Assembly (NCBI GenBank): GCA_044869275.1
Contig: JBIOXB010000223.1
Coordinates: forward strand, 1 to 64,000
Direction of reading: 5' to 3'
From: a bacterium
GTDB lineage: Bacteria > Zhuqueibacterota > Zhuqueibacteria > Zhuqueibacterales > Zhuqueibacteraceae
DNA length: 64,000 nucleotides
The translations under genes were made by a program, and so were the position numbers. Of this stretch, positions 41,112-49,797 are shown piece after piece. The first letter of the stretch is position 1. Each line of letters starts with the position of its first letter. The notes below the pieces were generated by a model. The model was not told where the DNA came from and made no database searches. It worked only from the letters and a program-made list of their open reading frames with translations.

Positions 41112-41504
41112 ATGAGACGATTCCCGCCATTTTTCCCCTTGCGCTCAGCGCTCTACGCTTTGCCTTTTGCCTTTTGCCTTTTTCTTTTTGCTTCTTGCTC
41201 TGCCAAACCTCCGGCGCATATCACCGATCCCGGCCAGTTGATTTATCTCGGTTACACCAACCAGGAAGCCAATTGCAGCCGCTGCCACGGCGACGAAGGA
41301 CAGGGAGGAATGTTCGGCCCGAAAATTCACGGCGTGCTGCAGAAGAAGGGGGCGGAATATGTGCGCGAAACGATTCGACAAGGCAAAGGCGAAGGCGATA
41401 ATCGCATGCCCGCTTTGGCGGACCAATTGAGCGCCGAGCAAATCGCACAAGTCATTCGATTCTTGTCCACGTGGAGCGATAGCAGCAGTACTTTGTCGCC
41501 TTAG
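41112..41504 (+). CDS. monoheme cytochrome c lipoprotein
   Basis: Lipobox FASC, CSRCHG..GQG..GP, MPA axial Met. Confidence 0.85.
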   Translation: MRRFPPFFPLRSALYALPFAFCLFLFASCSAKPPAHITDPGQLIYLGYTNQEANCSRCHGDEGQGGMFGPKIHGVLQKKGAEYVRETIRQGKGEGDNRMPALADQLSAEQIAQVIRFLSTWSDSSSTLSP

Positions 41505-41640
41505 CCCATCACGGGTCCTTTATGCGAAAGCAAAAAAATCTTCACCAGATAGATCAAACCCATAGGATAAGTTACGATGGTGATTTTTGGGCCGGCTGAT
41601 CCCGAAGCTTCGGGATGAAGCTCTGAGAGCAGCAATTGCA

Positions 41641-41758
41641 TTAACCCACGGATTAAAAAACCACGCGGATCGTTTAAAAACTTCCGTGTGGTCTTTTGAT
41701 CCGTGTGGAACCATTTTGGTTGCGGCCCTTTCGCGTTGTGACTTCGTGTCTCCGTGTT
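41641..41758 (-). repeat. dispersed palindromic repeat (GCCGCAACCAAAA family), copy 1
   Basis: Reverse complement closely matches 57306-57418. Confidence 0.75.
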
Positions 41759-41916
41759 AAAAAGGTGTTAAGAGAAGCGAACAGCTTTCAGACTGTAGTC
41801 CGACTTTGAAAAGCCTAATCGCTTATCCGCTGGAGTGCATCTATCCAGTGGCAATATTTTTCGAAAGAGCTTTATTGAGTTTTCGCAATGGTAGAGTCTC
41901 AGAGAGGAAGTTCGTT

Positions 41917-43104
41917 ATGCCCGTTGCCAGAAAGCTGTTTTATCGCATTCTCGTGGCCGTCTTCGCACTTCTACTCATCGTCGTTGTTCTCGCCTTCATG
42001 ATTCTTCCCAGCTACTTCGCCAAGAAACTCAATCAGCGCATGGGTGTGCAATCTTTGCCCGTCTCCTCGGCGGTCGGGGCGCTGCACCAAGAGCTTTTCA
42101 TCGTCGATTTACACGCTGATCCATTGTTGTGGCATCGCGATCTCACGCAACGCGCAAATCATGGGCACATCGATTTGCCGCGCTTGCGGGAAGGCAACGT
42201 GGCTTTGCAAGTTTTCGGTGTGGTCACCAAAGTGCCGAGCACGCTGAGTTACGAACGCAATGATGATCGCTCCGATTTGATTCTGCCACTGGCGATCACC
42301 CAGCGCTGGCCGATTGCAACCTGGAGCAGCTTGAAAGAACGCGCGTTATATCAAGCAGGCAAACTGCAGGAGTTGGCAGGCGCTGCCCCTGCCAGGCTGG
42401 TTGTGATCGCAACGAAAAAAGAACTAATCGATTTTGTGGAGCGGCGCAAGCAGCAGCCCGGTTTAGTGGCGGGTTTGCTGGCGATGGAGGGCATGCATGC
42501 GCTGGAGGGAAAATTGGAAAATCTCGAAATCTTTTACCAGGCCGGTTTTCGCATGATGGCGCCCGCGCATTTTTTCGATAATGAATTAGGCGGCTCGGCG
42601 CACGGCGTGAACAAAGGCGGGCTGACGGATTTCGGCAGGCGCGCGATCAAAAGAATGGAGGCACTGGGCATGATCGTGGATATCGCGCATGCTTCGCCGC
42701 GAACGATCGACGACATTTTGAGTATGGCCACCAAGCCGGTAGTGTCTTCGCACACCGGGGTGAAGGGCACGTGTGCGGGCAACCGCAATCTCAGCGATGA
42801 GCATTTGCGCGGCATTGCGCGCACCGGCGGCGTGGTGGGCATTGGCTTGTGGGACGGCGCCGTTTGCGCCACCGAGGTGCGCGCCACCGCCCGCGCGATG
42901 CATTACGCCGCCGATTTGGTCGGCATTGACCACGTGGGCCTCGGCTCCGATTTCGACGGCGCCATCACTGCCCCGATTGCTGCGAACGAAATGGCACAAC
43001 TCACCGCCGCGTTACTGGCCGAAGGTTTTTCAGGGGAAGATATCCACAAAGTCATGGGCGGAAACGTGCTCAGGTTGATGCTGGAGGTTCTGCCGCCGGA
43101 GTAA
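41917..43104 (+). CDS. membrane dipeptidase (peptidase M19)
   Basis: N-terminal TM, DLHAD, EG, GLTDFG, DIAH, SSHTG, RNLSD, GLGSDFDG, GGN. Confidence 0.92.
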   Translation: MPVARKLFYRILVAVFALLLIVVVLAFMILPSYFAKKLNQRMGVQSLPVSSAVGALHQELFIVDLHADPLLWHRDLTQRANHGHIDLPRLREGNVALQVFGVVTKVPSTLSYERNDDRSDLILPLAITQRWPIATWSSLKERALYQAGKLQELAGAAPARLVVIATKKELIDFVERRKQQPGLVAGLLAMEGMHALEGKLENLEIFYQAGFRMMAPAHFFDNELGGSAHGVNKGGLTDFGRRAIKRMEALGMIVDIAHASPRTIDDILSMATKPVVSSHTGVKGTCAGNRNLSDEHLRGIARTGGVVGIGLWDGAVCATEVRATARAMHYAADLVGIDHVGLGSDFDGAITAPIAANEMAQLTAALLAEGFSGEDIHKVMGGNVLRLMLEVLPPE

Positions 43105-43537
43105 TTTGTGCAGCCTTTTCCGCCAATGCCAGGATGAGTTCTTTGATGTTTCGATTGATGTCAAAATTCTGATCCAAAAAACTCAAAATCTCGCGCGCTG
43201 ATTCCACGCTGCCTTCATAGCCCTGCATGAATTGCGAAAGCCTCTTTGCGAATTCGCAAAAAATGCCGTCTTCAAACAGAAGCTTGTAGCCTTCCGGCGT
43301 AATTTTGAAAGAGTAGGCGAGGGGATGGATTGCGCTCAGCCAATCCGGCCGATCGAGAAATCTATGCTTCGAGCCCGGGGATGCAATGATGATGAAATCC
43401 AAGTCGGAATAGTCATCGAGACGCTCTAAATCCGGTCCGGATGAGCCCTGCCCGAGGAGCGCAAGTGCGCCTCCGGCATTTTGCAGAGCCTGACTTATCT
43501 CTTCCAAACGCTGCAATAAAGTTTCTTTTCCGCTCAT
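43070..43537 (-). CDS. nucleotidyltransferase-like protein, probably internally deleted
   Basis: GSSG..LDDYSDLDF polbeta-type motif, GYKLLFEDGIFCEFA joined abruptly to KRLSQFMQGYE. Confidence 0.6.
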   Translation of the reverse strand: MSGKETLLQRLEEISQALQNAGGALALLGQGSSGPDLERLDDYSDLDFIIIASPGSKHRFLDRPDWLSAIHPLAYSFKITPEGYKLLFEDGIFCEFAKRLSQFMQGYEGSVESAREILSFLDQNFDINRNIKELILALAEKAAQITPAAEPPAST

Positions 43538-43574
43538 GGTTACCTTTCACCTTCATGTGATATCAACAATCGAC

Positions 43575-43603
43575 TTGCTTCTTTAGCCAAATTCTGTTAT
43601 GCT
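43575..43603 (+). promoter_or_regulatory. sigma70-type promoter, probably giving a leaderless mRNA
   Basis: TTGCTT-N17-TATGCT with TG extension, 6 nt before ATG 43610, no RBS. Confidence 0.55.
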
Positions 43604-43609
43604 TTTCGT

Positions 43610-44020
43610 ATGATCGAAAACACCACCCGCATTCGCGTGCGCTACGCCGATACCGATCAAATGGGCGTCGCCTATTACGCCCGCTATCTTGAATGGTTCG
43701 AAGTGGGCCGCACCGAGATGCTGCGCGCGCAAGGTTTGCCGTACGCAGAAATTGAAAAAGAGCAGGTTGCCCTGCCGGTTTTGGAGGTGTATTGCAAATA
43801 TCGCAAACCAGTTCTTTATGATCAACTGCTGCGAGTGGTGAGCCGGTTGAAAGCAATGCCGCGCGCGAGCTTGCGCATCGACTATGAGATTTTCGACGAA
43901 GACGATCAGCTTTTGGCGGAAGGTTACACCTTGCACACGTTTATTAATTTCGCAGGCCGGCCGGTGCGGCCGCCGCAGGTTTTTATGCGGAAGGTGAAAG
44001 AGTTGTTTGAGGAAGAGTAG
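43610..44020 (+). CDS. acyl-CoA thioesterase (YbgC/4HBT family)
   Basis: RVRYADTDQMGVAYYARYLEWFEVGRTE. Confidence 0.92.
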   Translation: MIENTTRIRVRYADTDQMGVAYYARYLEWFEVGRTEMLRAQGLPYAEIEKEQVALPVLEVYCKYRKPVLYDQLLRVVSRLKAMPRASLRIDYEIFDEDDQLLAEGYTLHTFINFAGRPVRPPQVFMRKVKELFEEE

Positions 44021-44022
44021 GA

Positions 44023-44163
44023 CTACAACGTTGAGTTGTTCTTGGCATTCTCATTTTGCTGTCATTCTGCAAGAATCCTTTCCAGTATAACATCCGTGCC
44101 AGTGTCTAAAAAGACCCTTCCTGGGTGACATGAAAGGGGTGGGCTTACGACTTAACGTTGTAG
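44023..44163. repeat. MITE-like/REP element with 16-bp imperfect TIR
   Basis: CTACAACGTTGAGTTG / CGACTTAACGTTGTAG enclosing TGTCATTCTG..GAATC..GGTGACA; ends resemble those of 26531-26638. Confidence 0.6.
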
Positions 44164-44204
44164 CGGTAATGCCCAACCCCAAAACATAACCTCAATGACC
44201 ACCT

Positions 44205-45395
44205 ATGCCGCTTCCGTCTCCGTTCCACTCCCGTACCGCTCCGCTTTGTCACAGTTCCGATTGGCGCAATTGGGCCGGTTTTTATGCGGTTAGTGTTTAT
44301 GAATACTCACACGAGCATGAATATTACGCTATTCGCAATGCCGCGGCGCTGATTGATGTCTCGCCCTTGTTCAAATATGAAATCACCGGGCCGCAGGCGC
44401 CCCAGCTCGTCGATCGCATCATCACACGCGAGGCGATGAAATGCGCGGTGGGACAAGTGTTGTACACGTGCTGGTGCGACGATCATGGCAAAGTGATCGA
44501 TGACGGCACGGTGTCGCGCCTGAGCGAGAATCATTTTCGCCTCACGGCGGCTGATCCGAATTTGCGCTGGTTTCAAGATTGCGGCTTCGGCATGAATGCC
44601 ACCGTGCGCGATGTTTCTGCGGCATTGGCGACACTGTCTTTGCAAGGGCCACATGCGCGCAAAATATTGCAGAAGGTTGTGCGCGAGGCTGAGGTCGCAA
44701 ATCTCAAGTACTTTCGTTTGACGCCGGCGAAGATCGACAATGTTCCGCTCACCATCACGCGCACCGGCTACACCGGCGATCTCGGCTATGAGCTGTGGAT
44801 CGATCCCAAGCATGCCGAACGCGTATGGGATATTCTAATGGACAAAGGCAGGGACTATGGCCTCGCGCCGGTGGGCATGGTGGCCATGGACATCGCGCGC
44901 GTGGAAGCGGCGTTATTGCTCGCGGATATCGATTATGTCTCCAGCCAAAAAGCAGTGCTGGCCTCACGCCTTTCTTCGCCTTTTGAAGTCGGCCTGGGTT
45001 GGGCTGTGAAATTGGACAAGCCAAGCTTTATTGGCCGCCAAGCTTTGCTGGAAGAAAAGCAGCGCGGCTCGATGTGGCAATTCGTTGGCCTCGAAGTCGA
45101 TTGGAACGAATTGGAATCTTTGTTTGCGAAGTTCAATTTGCCCCCGCAAGTGGCGGGCCGGGCTTCGCGCGTGGCTGTGCCGATTTACCGGCACGGCAAG
45201 CAAATCGGACAAGCCACGAGCAGCACCTTTTCACCGATTCTCAAAAAGTTCATAGCAATTGGAACCGTGGAAAGCCAATGCGCCGCGCCCGGCACGCGCG
45301 TGAACATGGAGATCACCATCGAATTCACGCGGCAGCAAGCGGCGGCCACGATCGTGAAAACACCATTCTTCGACCCGCCTCGAAAAAAAGCTTAG
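44205..45395 (+). CDS. aminomethyltransferase family protein (GcvT-like)
   Basis: DVSPL, GKVIDDG, LQGP, RTGYTGDLGYEL, RVEA, PFFDP. Confidence 0.9.
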   Translation: MPLPSPFHSRTAPLCHSSDWRNWAGFYAVSVYEYSHEHEYYAIRNAAALIDVSPLFKYEITGPQAPQLVDRIITREAMKCAVGQVLYTCWCDDHGKVIDDGTVSRLSENHFRLTAADPNLRWFQDCGFGMNATVRDVSAALATLSLQGPHARKILQKVVREAEVANLKYFRLTPAKIDNVPLTITRTGYTGDLGYELWIDPKHAERVWDILMDKGRDYGLAPVGMVAMDIARVEAALLLADIDYVSSQKAVLASRLSSPFEVGLGWAVKLDKPSFIGRQALLEEKQRGSMWQFVGLEVDWNELESLFAKFNLPPQVAGRASRVAVPIYRHGKQIGQATSSTFSPILKKFIAIGTVESQCAAPGTRVNMEITIEFTRQQAAATIVKTPFFDPPRKKA

Positions 45396-45405
45396 GAAAA
45401 ACAAA

Positions 45406-47436
45406 ATGCATATGGCAAAAAGCATGCGGACAAAAGGTTCTTTGATTTTGATCTGCTGCAATTTGCTGGTTTTGTTGACCTCGCGAACCTCTGCACAAGT
45501 CGAGGGCAGATATTTTCTCACCACCGACAGCTTGCAACGACACGAGCGCATATGGTTGAATCGCAATTGGAAATATCATGCCGGCGACAATAATGATTGG
45601 GCAAAACCGGCTTATGTTGACAGCGCCTGGGAGACAGCCAGCACACTGCTCGAGCCTGATCAGCCTCCCCAGAGCGGATGGCCGGGCCTGGGTTGGTTCC
45701 GGCTTCATGTCTTCGTTGATTCCACGCTGTGGCATGAACCGCTGTTGCTTGCTATCGCTCAGGCCGGCGCTGCGGCAATTTATTTAGACGGCAAGTTGAT
45801 CTATGATTTGGGCGACGATGGAGGCGGGCAGGCGCCGGAAGCGCCAAGCCGCTATCGCGATTATGCCGCGTTTTCCTTTAGCAACGAAAGCAAGCATGTT
45901 TTCGCGATTCGTTACGCCAATCATGCCACTGCGACTTTCCACCGTGCAGGGCGTGCAGCAGGTTTCGCCCTCCGGTTGGGCCATGCCAACGCCATGATTG
46001 CCTTAGGCGTCAGAAATTTGGAAGCGGACTTGAGGCAACAAATGTTCTTCACCACTCTGGCGCTGGCATTTGGGATACTCCATTTGGTCTTGTTCTTGTT
46101 TTCTCCCCGGGCGAAGAGCCATCTCTATTTTACTATTTTTGTTTTTCTGTATGCCGCCAACATCTTTTTCGATTATCAACATTTTCTTGCCGACGATTTG
46201 CGCAGCAGTTTGCTCTACTTGCGGATTCATCGTGCGGTGATGCCTTATGGGCCGGCCTGTGCTTTGCTTTTCATTTATTCCCTTTTTTCCGAAAGAATAC
46301 CGAAACAATTCTGGTTCATTGCCGCGGGCTTGGCGATTACCGGCGCTCTGGCGGTCCTCAAGCCTATCGACAATTTGAACTATATTCAGATCTTTGCCGT
46401 GGCCGCCGTCATCGAAATGATTCGAGTCACGCGCCTCGCCATCCGCGAAAAAAGAGAAGGTGCGTGGATTATCGCCTCCGGATTTCTGCTGCTCTTTCTG
46501 TTTTCCTCCTATGATTTGCTGTTGGATTTGAACTTGATGGCGCCCATGCACGACATATCGAATGGCTATCCCTTCGGATTTCTGGGCCTGATCATTGCCA
46601 TGTCCGTTTATTTGGCGCGCGATTTTGCCAGGACCAATGAAAAGATACTTGCGCAAGAACGCCATGCGCAAGAACAGGAAATGCAGCAACTCCTGCTCCA
46701 GGCGGATAATGCCCGCAAGACCACGGAACTGGAGGAGGCGCGCCAACTCCAGCTCGCGATGTTGCCGCATGCCCTGCCACAGCTGCCCAATTTAGAAATT
46801 GCCACCCACATGAAGCCCGCAACGGAAGTCGGCGGAGATTATTATGACTTCAATCTCGCTGAAGACGGCACGCTCACGGTGGCGATTGGCGACGCCACCG
46901 GTCATGGTATGAAAGCGGGAACCGTCGTGACCGCCGCAAAAAGTTTATTCCAAGTTTTGGCGCCAAACCGCGAGAGCCCGCAAATTTTCCAGGAATTCAC
47001 GCAAGCGCTGAAGAGCATGAATCTCGGTCGCATGTACATGGCCATGACAATAATCAAACTCAAAAACAACAAGATCAAGGTGGCGACGGTGGGCATGCCG
47101 CCCACGCTGATCTATCGTGCGGCAACGCAAGAAGTGGAAGAGATCAACATCAAAGCCATGCCGTTGGGCAGTTTCAGCGGATTTCCTTACCGGCAAGAAG
47201 AATTGGAGATTCGTGCCGGCGATACGATCGTGTTGATGAGCGACGGCTTGCCGGAAAGGTTGAATCGCCACGGTGAGATTTTGGATTACTCCGGCGCGAA
47301 GAATTCCTTCGAACAGGTGGCGGGGCGATCGCCGCAAGAAATCATCGCGCATTTGGTCGCGGCGGGAGAATCCTGGGCGGACGGGCATCCGCAGAAGGAT
47401 GACGTGACGTTTGTGGTTATGAAAGTGAAGGGCTGA
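45406..47436 (+). CDS. membrane sensor PP2C/SpoIIE phosphatase (7TM-DISM-like)
   Basis: Signal peptide, glycan-binding-like WKYHAGD..GWFR domain, about 7 TM, EVGGDYYD, GDATGHG, SDG, DDVT. Confidence 0.88.
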   Translation: MHMAKSMRTKGSLILICCNLLVLLTSRTSAQVEGRYFLTTDSLQRHERIWLNRNWKYHAGDNNDWAKPAYVDSAWETASTLLEPDQPPQSGWPGLGWFRLHVFVDSTLWHEPLLLAIAQAGAAAIYLDGKLIYDLGDDGGGQAPEAPSRYRDYAAFSFSNESKHVFAIRYANHATATFHRAGRAAGFALRLGHANAMIALGVRNLEADLRQQMFFTTLALAFGILHLVLFLFSPRAKSHLYFTIFVFLYAANIFFDYQHFLADDLRSSLLYLRIHRAVMPYGPACALLFIYSLFSERIPKQFWFIAAGLAITGALAVLKPIDNLNYIQIFAVAAVIEMIRVTRLAIREKREGAWIIASGFLLLFLFSSYDLLLDLNLMAPMHDISNGYPFGFLGLIIAMSVYLARDFARTNEKILAQERHAQEQEMQQLLLQADNARKTTELEEARQLQLAMLPHALPQLPNLEIATHMKPATEVGGDYYDFNLAEDGTLTVAIGDATGHGMKAGTVVTAAKSLFQVLAPNRESPQIFQEFTQALKSMNLGRMYMAMTIIKLKNNKIKVATVGMPPTLIYRAATQEVEEINIKAMPLGSFSGFPYRQEELEIRAGDTIVLMSDGLPERLNRHGEILDYSGAKNSFEQVAGRSPQEIIAHLVAAGESWADGHPQKDDVTFVVMKVKG

Positions 47437-48042
47437 AGCCTGGCCTGCCGCACCTACGTTTCTCGCGCCCACCGCGGGGTCTCTTAAAGTTCGGCGCCTT
47501 GGCGGCGCGCGGCCTGTGCCCGCTTAATGCCTCGCAGAATCCCCATGTGGGTCAGCGTCTTAATCAGGCAATTTCGCACTATAGTCTGAGATCTTCGGGA
47601 AGATATTCGATCTTTACTGCGGCGACTTCAAGAAGGGGATTGTTCAGAGACATTGGGAGGTCAAAGAAAGTAGCATATCCCGCGGCACTATGAAAAGAAG
47701 TTGGCTAGAATGAAATTGAGAATGACCTCAAGCTGCAGCCGAAAGAATTTCCGGCATACTCGGGCTGGAGATATGGCCGTTGCCGGTTTTGGGATCGAGC
47801 CGTAAAAAGGCGGATACGGGCGCAGAGTTGAGAATGGGCAGCAACCATTTTTTGTCGGAGGCGGCAAGCTTTTGCCGGCCATCAAAATGAATCACCATCG
47901 ATCTTGAATTTCATCGCGCATGCCAACCCCCCCTCGTTGTTCGGAATATAAAAAACTCCTGTTCTCAGTTGCAAGTATTGAGTTTTTTGACCAGATTATC
48001 GGCGCAAAACTGCACGGCACAAAACTCTTTAGATTGGACGCT

Positions 48043-49623
48043 ATGCCCAAATCCTACGACGCCATCGTGATCGGCGCAGGCCACAATGGCCTGGTGAATG
48101 CGGCCTATTTGGCGCGCGCGGGAAAGAAAGTGTTGGTATTGGAGCGCCGCCATCTCGTCGGCGGAGCGGCAGTGACAGAAGAAGTTTTTCCGGGATTCAA
48201 GTATTCCGTGTTTTCTTACGTCGTCAGTTTGTTCCGGCCGGAAATCATTCGCGACTTGAATCTGACGCAGCACGGCCTGACCATGCTGCCGTTGGAGAGC
48301 ACGCTCACACCCATGCCGGACGGCAATTATCTTTATCGCGACGGGGATTTTTACCGCACCATGCGCGACATTGCCCGCCACTCTCCGCGCGACGCCGAGG
48401 CCTATCAAGATTACGGCCGCAGCATGTATTTCATGGCCAAAGCGGTGAAATACATGCTCGGTGTCATTCCGCCCGATCCGGCTTCTTTGCATCCCAAAGA
48501 TTTGATGGGGCTCACCGGGCTGGGCAAGCATCTGCTCGGAATCGGTGAGGACAATTTGTACGTGTTAACCAAACTTATGACGATGAGTTCCGCGGATTTT
48601 TTGGAGGAATGGTTTGAAACAGATGTGCTGAAGGCGACGCTTTCTTCCAGCGGCATCATCGGCACTTTTCTCGGCCCGCGCTCGCCGGGTTCGGCATATG
48701 TATTGTTGCACCACTACATGGGCGAAATCGACGGGGCGTTTCGCGCTTGGGGATTTGCCAAAGGCGGAACCGGCGGCATTGCCAATGCCATCGCCAGTGC
48801 GGCGCGCGCGCTGGGGGCGGAGATTCAAACGAACACCCCGGTTGCCAAGGTGATGGTGAAGAATGGCACTGCTTTCGGCGTGGCACTGCCCAACGGCGAT
48901 GAGTATCATGCGAAAACTGTTGTTTCCAGTCTCGATCCCAAGCAAACCTTCCTGCATTTGCTGGAACCTGCCTCGCTGCCGGAGGATCTCGTCACCGCGA
49001 TCAAAAATTTCAACATCCGCGGCTCCTCGGGCAAAGTGAATCTGGCATTGGATGCCCCACCAAGTTTTACCTGCATGCCCGGCGCGGGGCCGCATCTGCG
49101 CGGCGCGGTTTCCATCAGCCCGAGCGTGGAGTATCTCGAACGCGCGTATGACGACGCGAAATATGGCCGCTTCTCGCGGAAACCGTATGTCGACATCATC
49201 ATGCCTTCGATGATCGACCCCGATATGGCCCCCCCGGGCAAGCATGTCATGTCCTGTTTCGTGCAATATGCGCCGTATCAATTGCAAGAAGGAACGTGGG
49301 AACAGCAGCGTGAAGCCTTCGGCGACGCCGTGATCGACACGCTTTCTGAATTTGCCCCCAATCTGAAAAGTATTATTCTGCACCGCCAGGTGCTGACGCC
49401 GTGGGACATCGAGCAGACCCTGGGCATGTCGCAGGGCAACATCTTTCAAGGCGAATTATCGTTGTCGCAATTGTTTTTCCTGCGGCCGGCCGCGGGGCTG
49501 GCGAAGTATCGCACGCCGATTCGGAATTACTATCAATGCGGCTCTGGAACACACCCCGGCGGCGGCATCATGGGCGCGCCGGGCAAACTGGCGGCATTGG
49601 AGATTCTGAAAGATTTGAAATGA
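48043..49623 (+). CDS. phytoene dehydrogenase-like FAD oxidoreductase
   Basis: IGAGHNGL..A, LERR..VGGA, GG.GG, GNIFQG, GSGTHPGGG. Confidence 0.9.
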   Translation: MPKSYDAIVIGAGHNGLVNAAYLARAGKKVLVLERRHLVGGAAVTEEVFPGFKYSVFSYVVSLFRPEIIRDLNLTQHGLTMLPLESTLTPMPDGNYLYRDGDFYRTMRDIARHSPRDAEAYQDYGRSMYFMAKAVKYMLGVIPPDPASLHPKDLMGLTGLGKHLLGIGEDNLYVLTKLMTMSSADFLEEWFETDVLKATLSSSGIIGTFLGPRSPGSAYVLLHHYMGEIDGAFRAWGFAKGGTGGIANAIASAARALGAEIQTNTPVAKVMVKNGTAFGVALPNGDEYHAKTVVSSLDPKQTFLHLLEPASLPEDLVTAIKNFNIRGSSGKVNLALDAPPSFTCMPGAGPHLRGAVSISPSVEYLERAYDDAKYGRFSRKPYVDIIMPSMIDPDMAPPGKHVMSCFVQYAPYQLQEGTWEQQREAFGDAVIDTLSEFAPNLKSIILHRQVLTPWDIEQTLGMSQGNIFQGELSLSQLFFLRPAAGLAKYRTPIRNYYQCGSGTHPGGGIMGAPGKLAALEILKDLK

Positions 49624-49696
49624 CAGAATTCACACGATTTACTGGATTGCATCGAGGACAGAATTTAATGTAACTCGCATCAATCCTGTCCGAAGG

Positions 49697-49797
49697 TTGC
49701 ACTATTTCTTGCAAGCGCAGTTGTTCTCGTTGCAATTGGTCAATTATCTCGCTGCTACTCGAACGGATACCGGTCTGTTGATCAACGTTGGTTCGTC
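49697..49797 (+). pseudogene. GxxExxY protein C-terminal remnant
   Basis: [20 protein letters not shown] resembles the GxxExxY C-terminal motif; preceded by GACAGAATT-type palindromic repeats. Confidence 0.55.

Noticed and set aside
41520..41714. Similar small ORFs 41520-41714 and 57343-57573
   Set aside because: Similarity comes from the shared non-coding palindromic repeat
47737..47910. About 56-aa minus-strand ORF (MVIHFDGRQK..)
   Set aside because: No RBS or recognisable motif; cannot distinguish from chance
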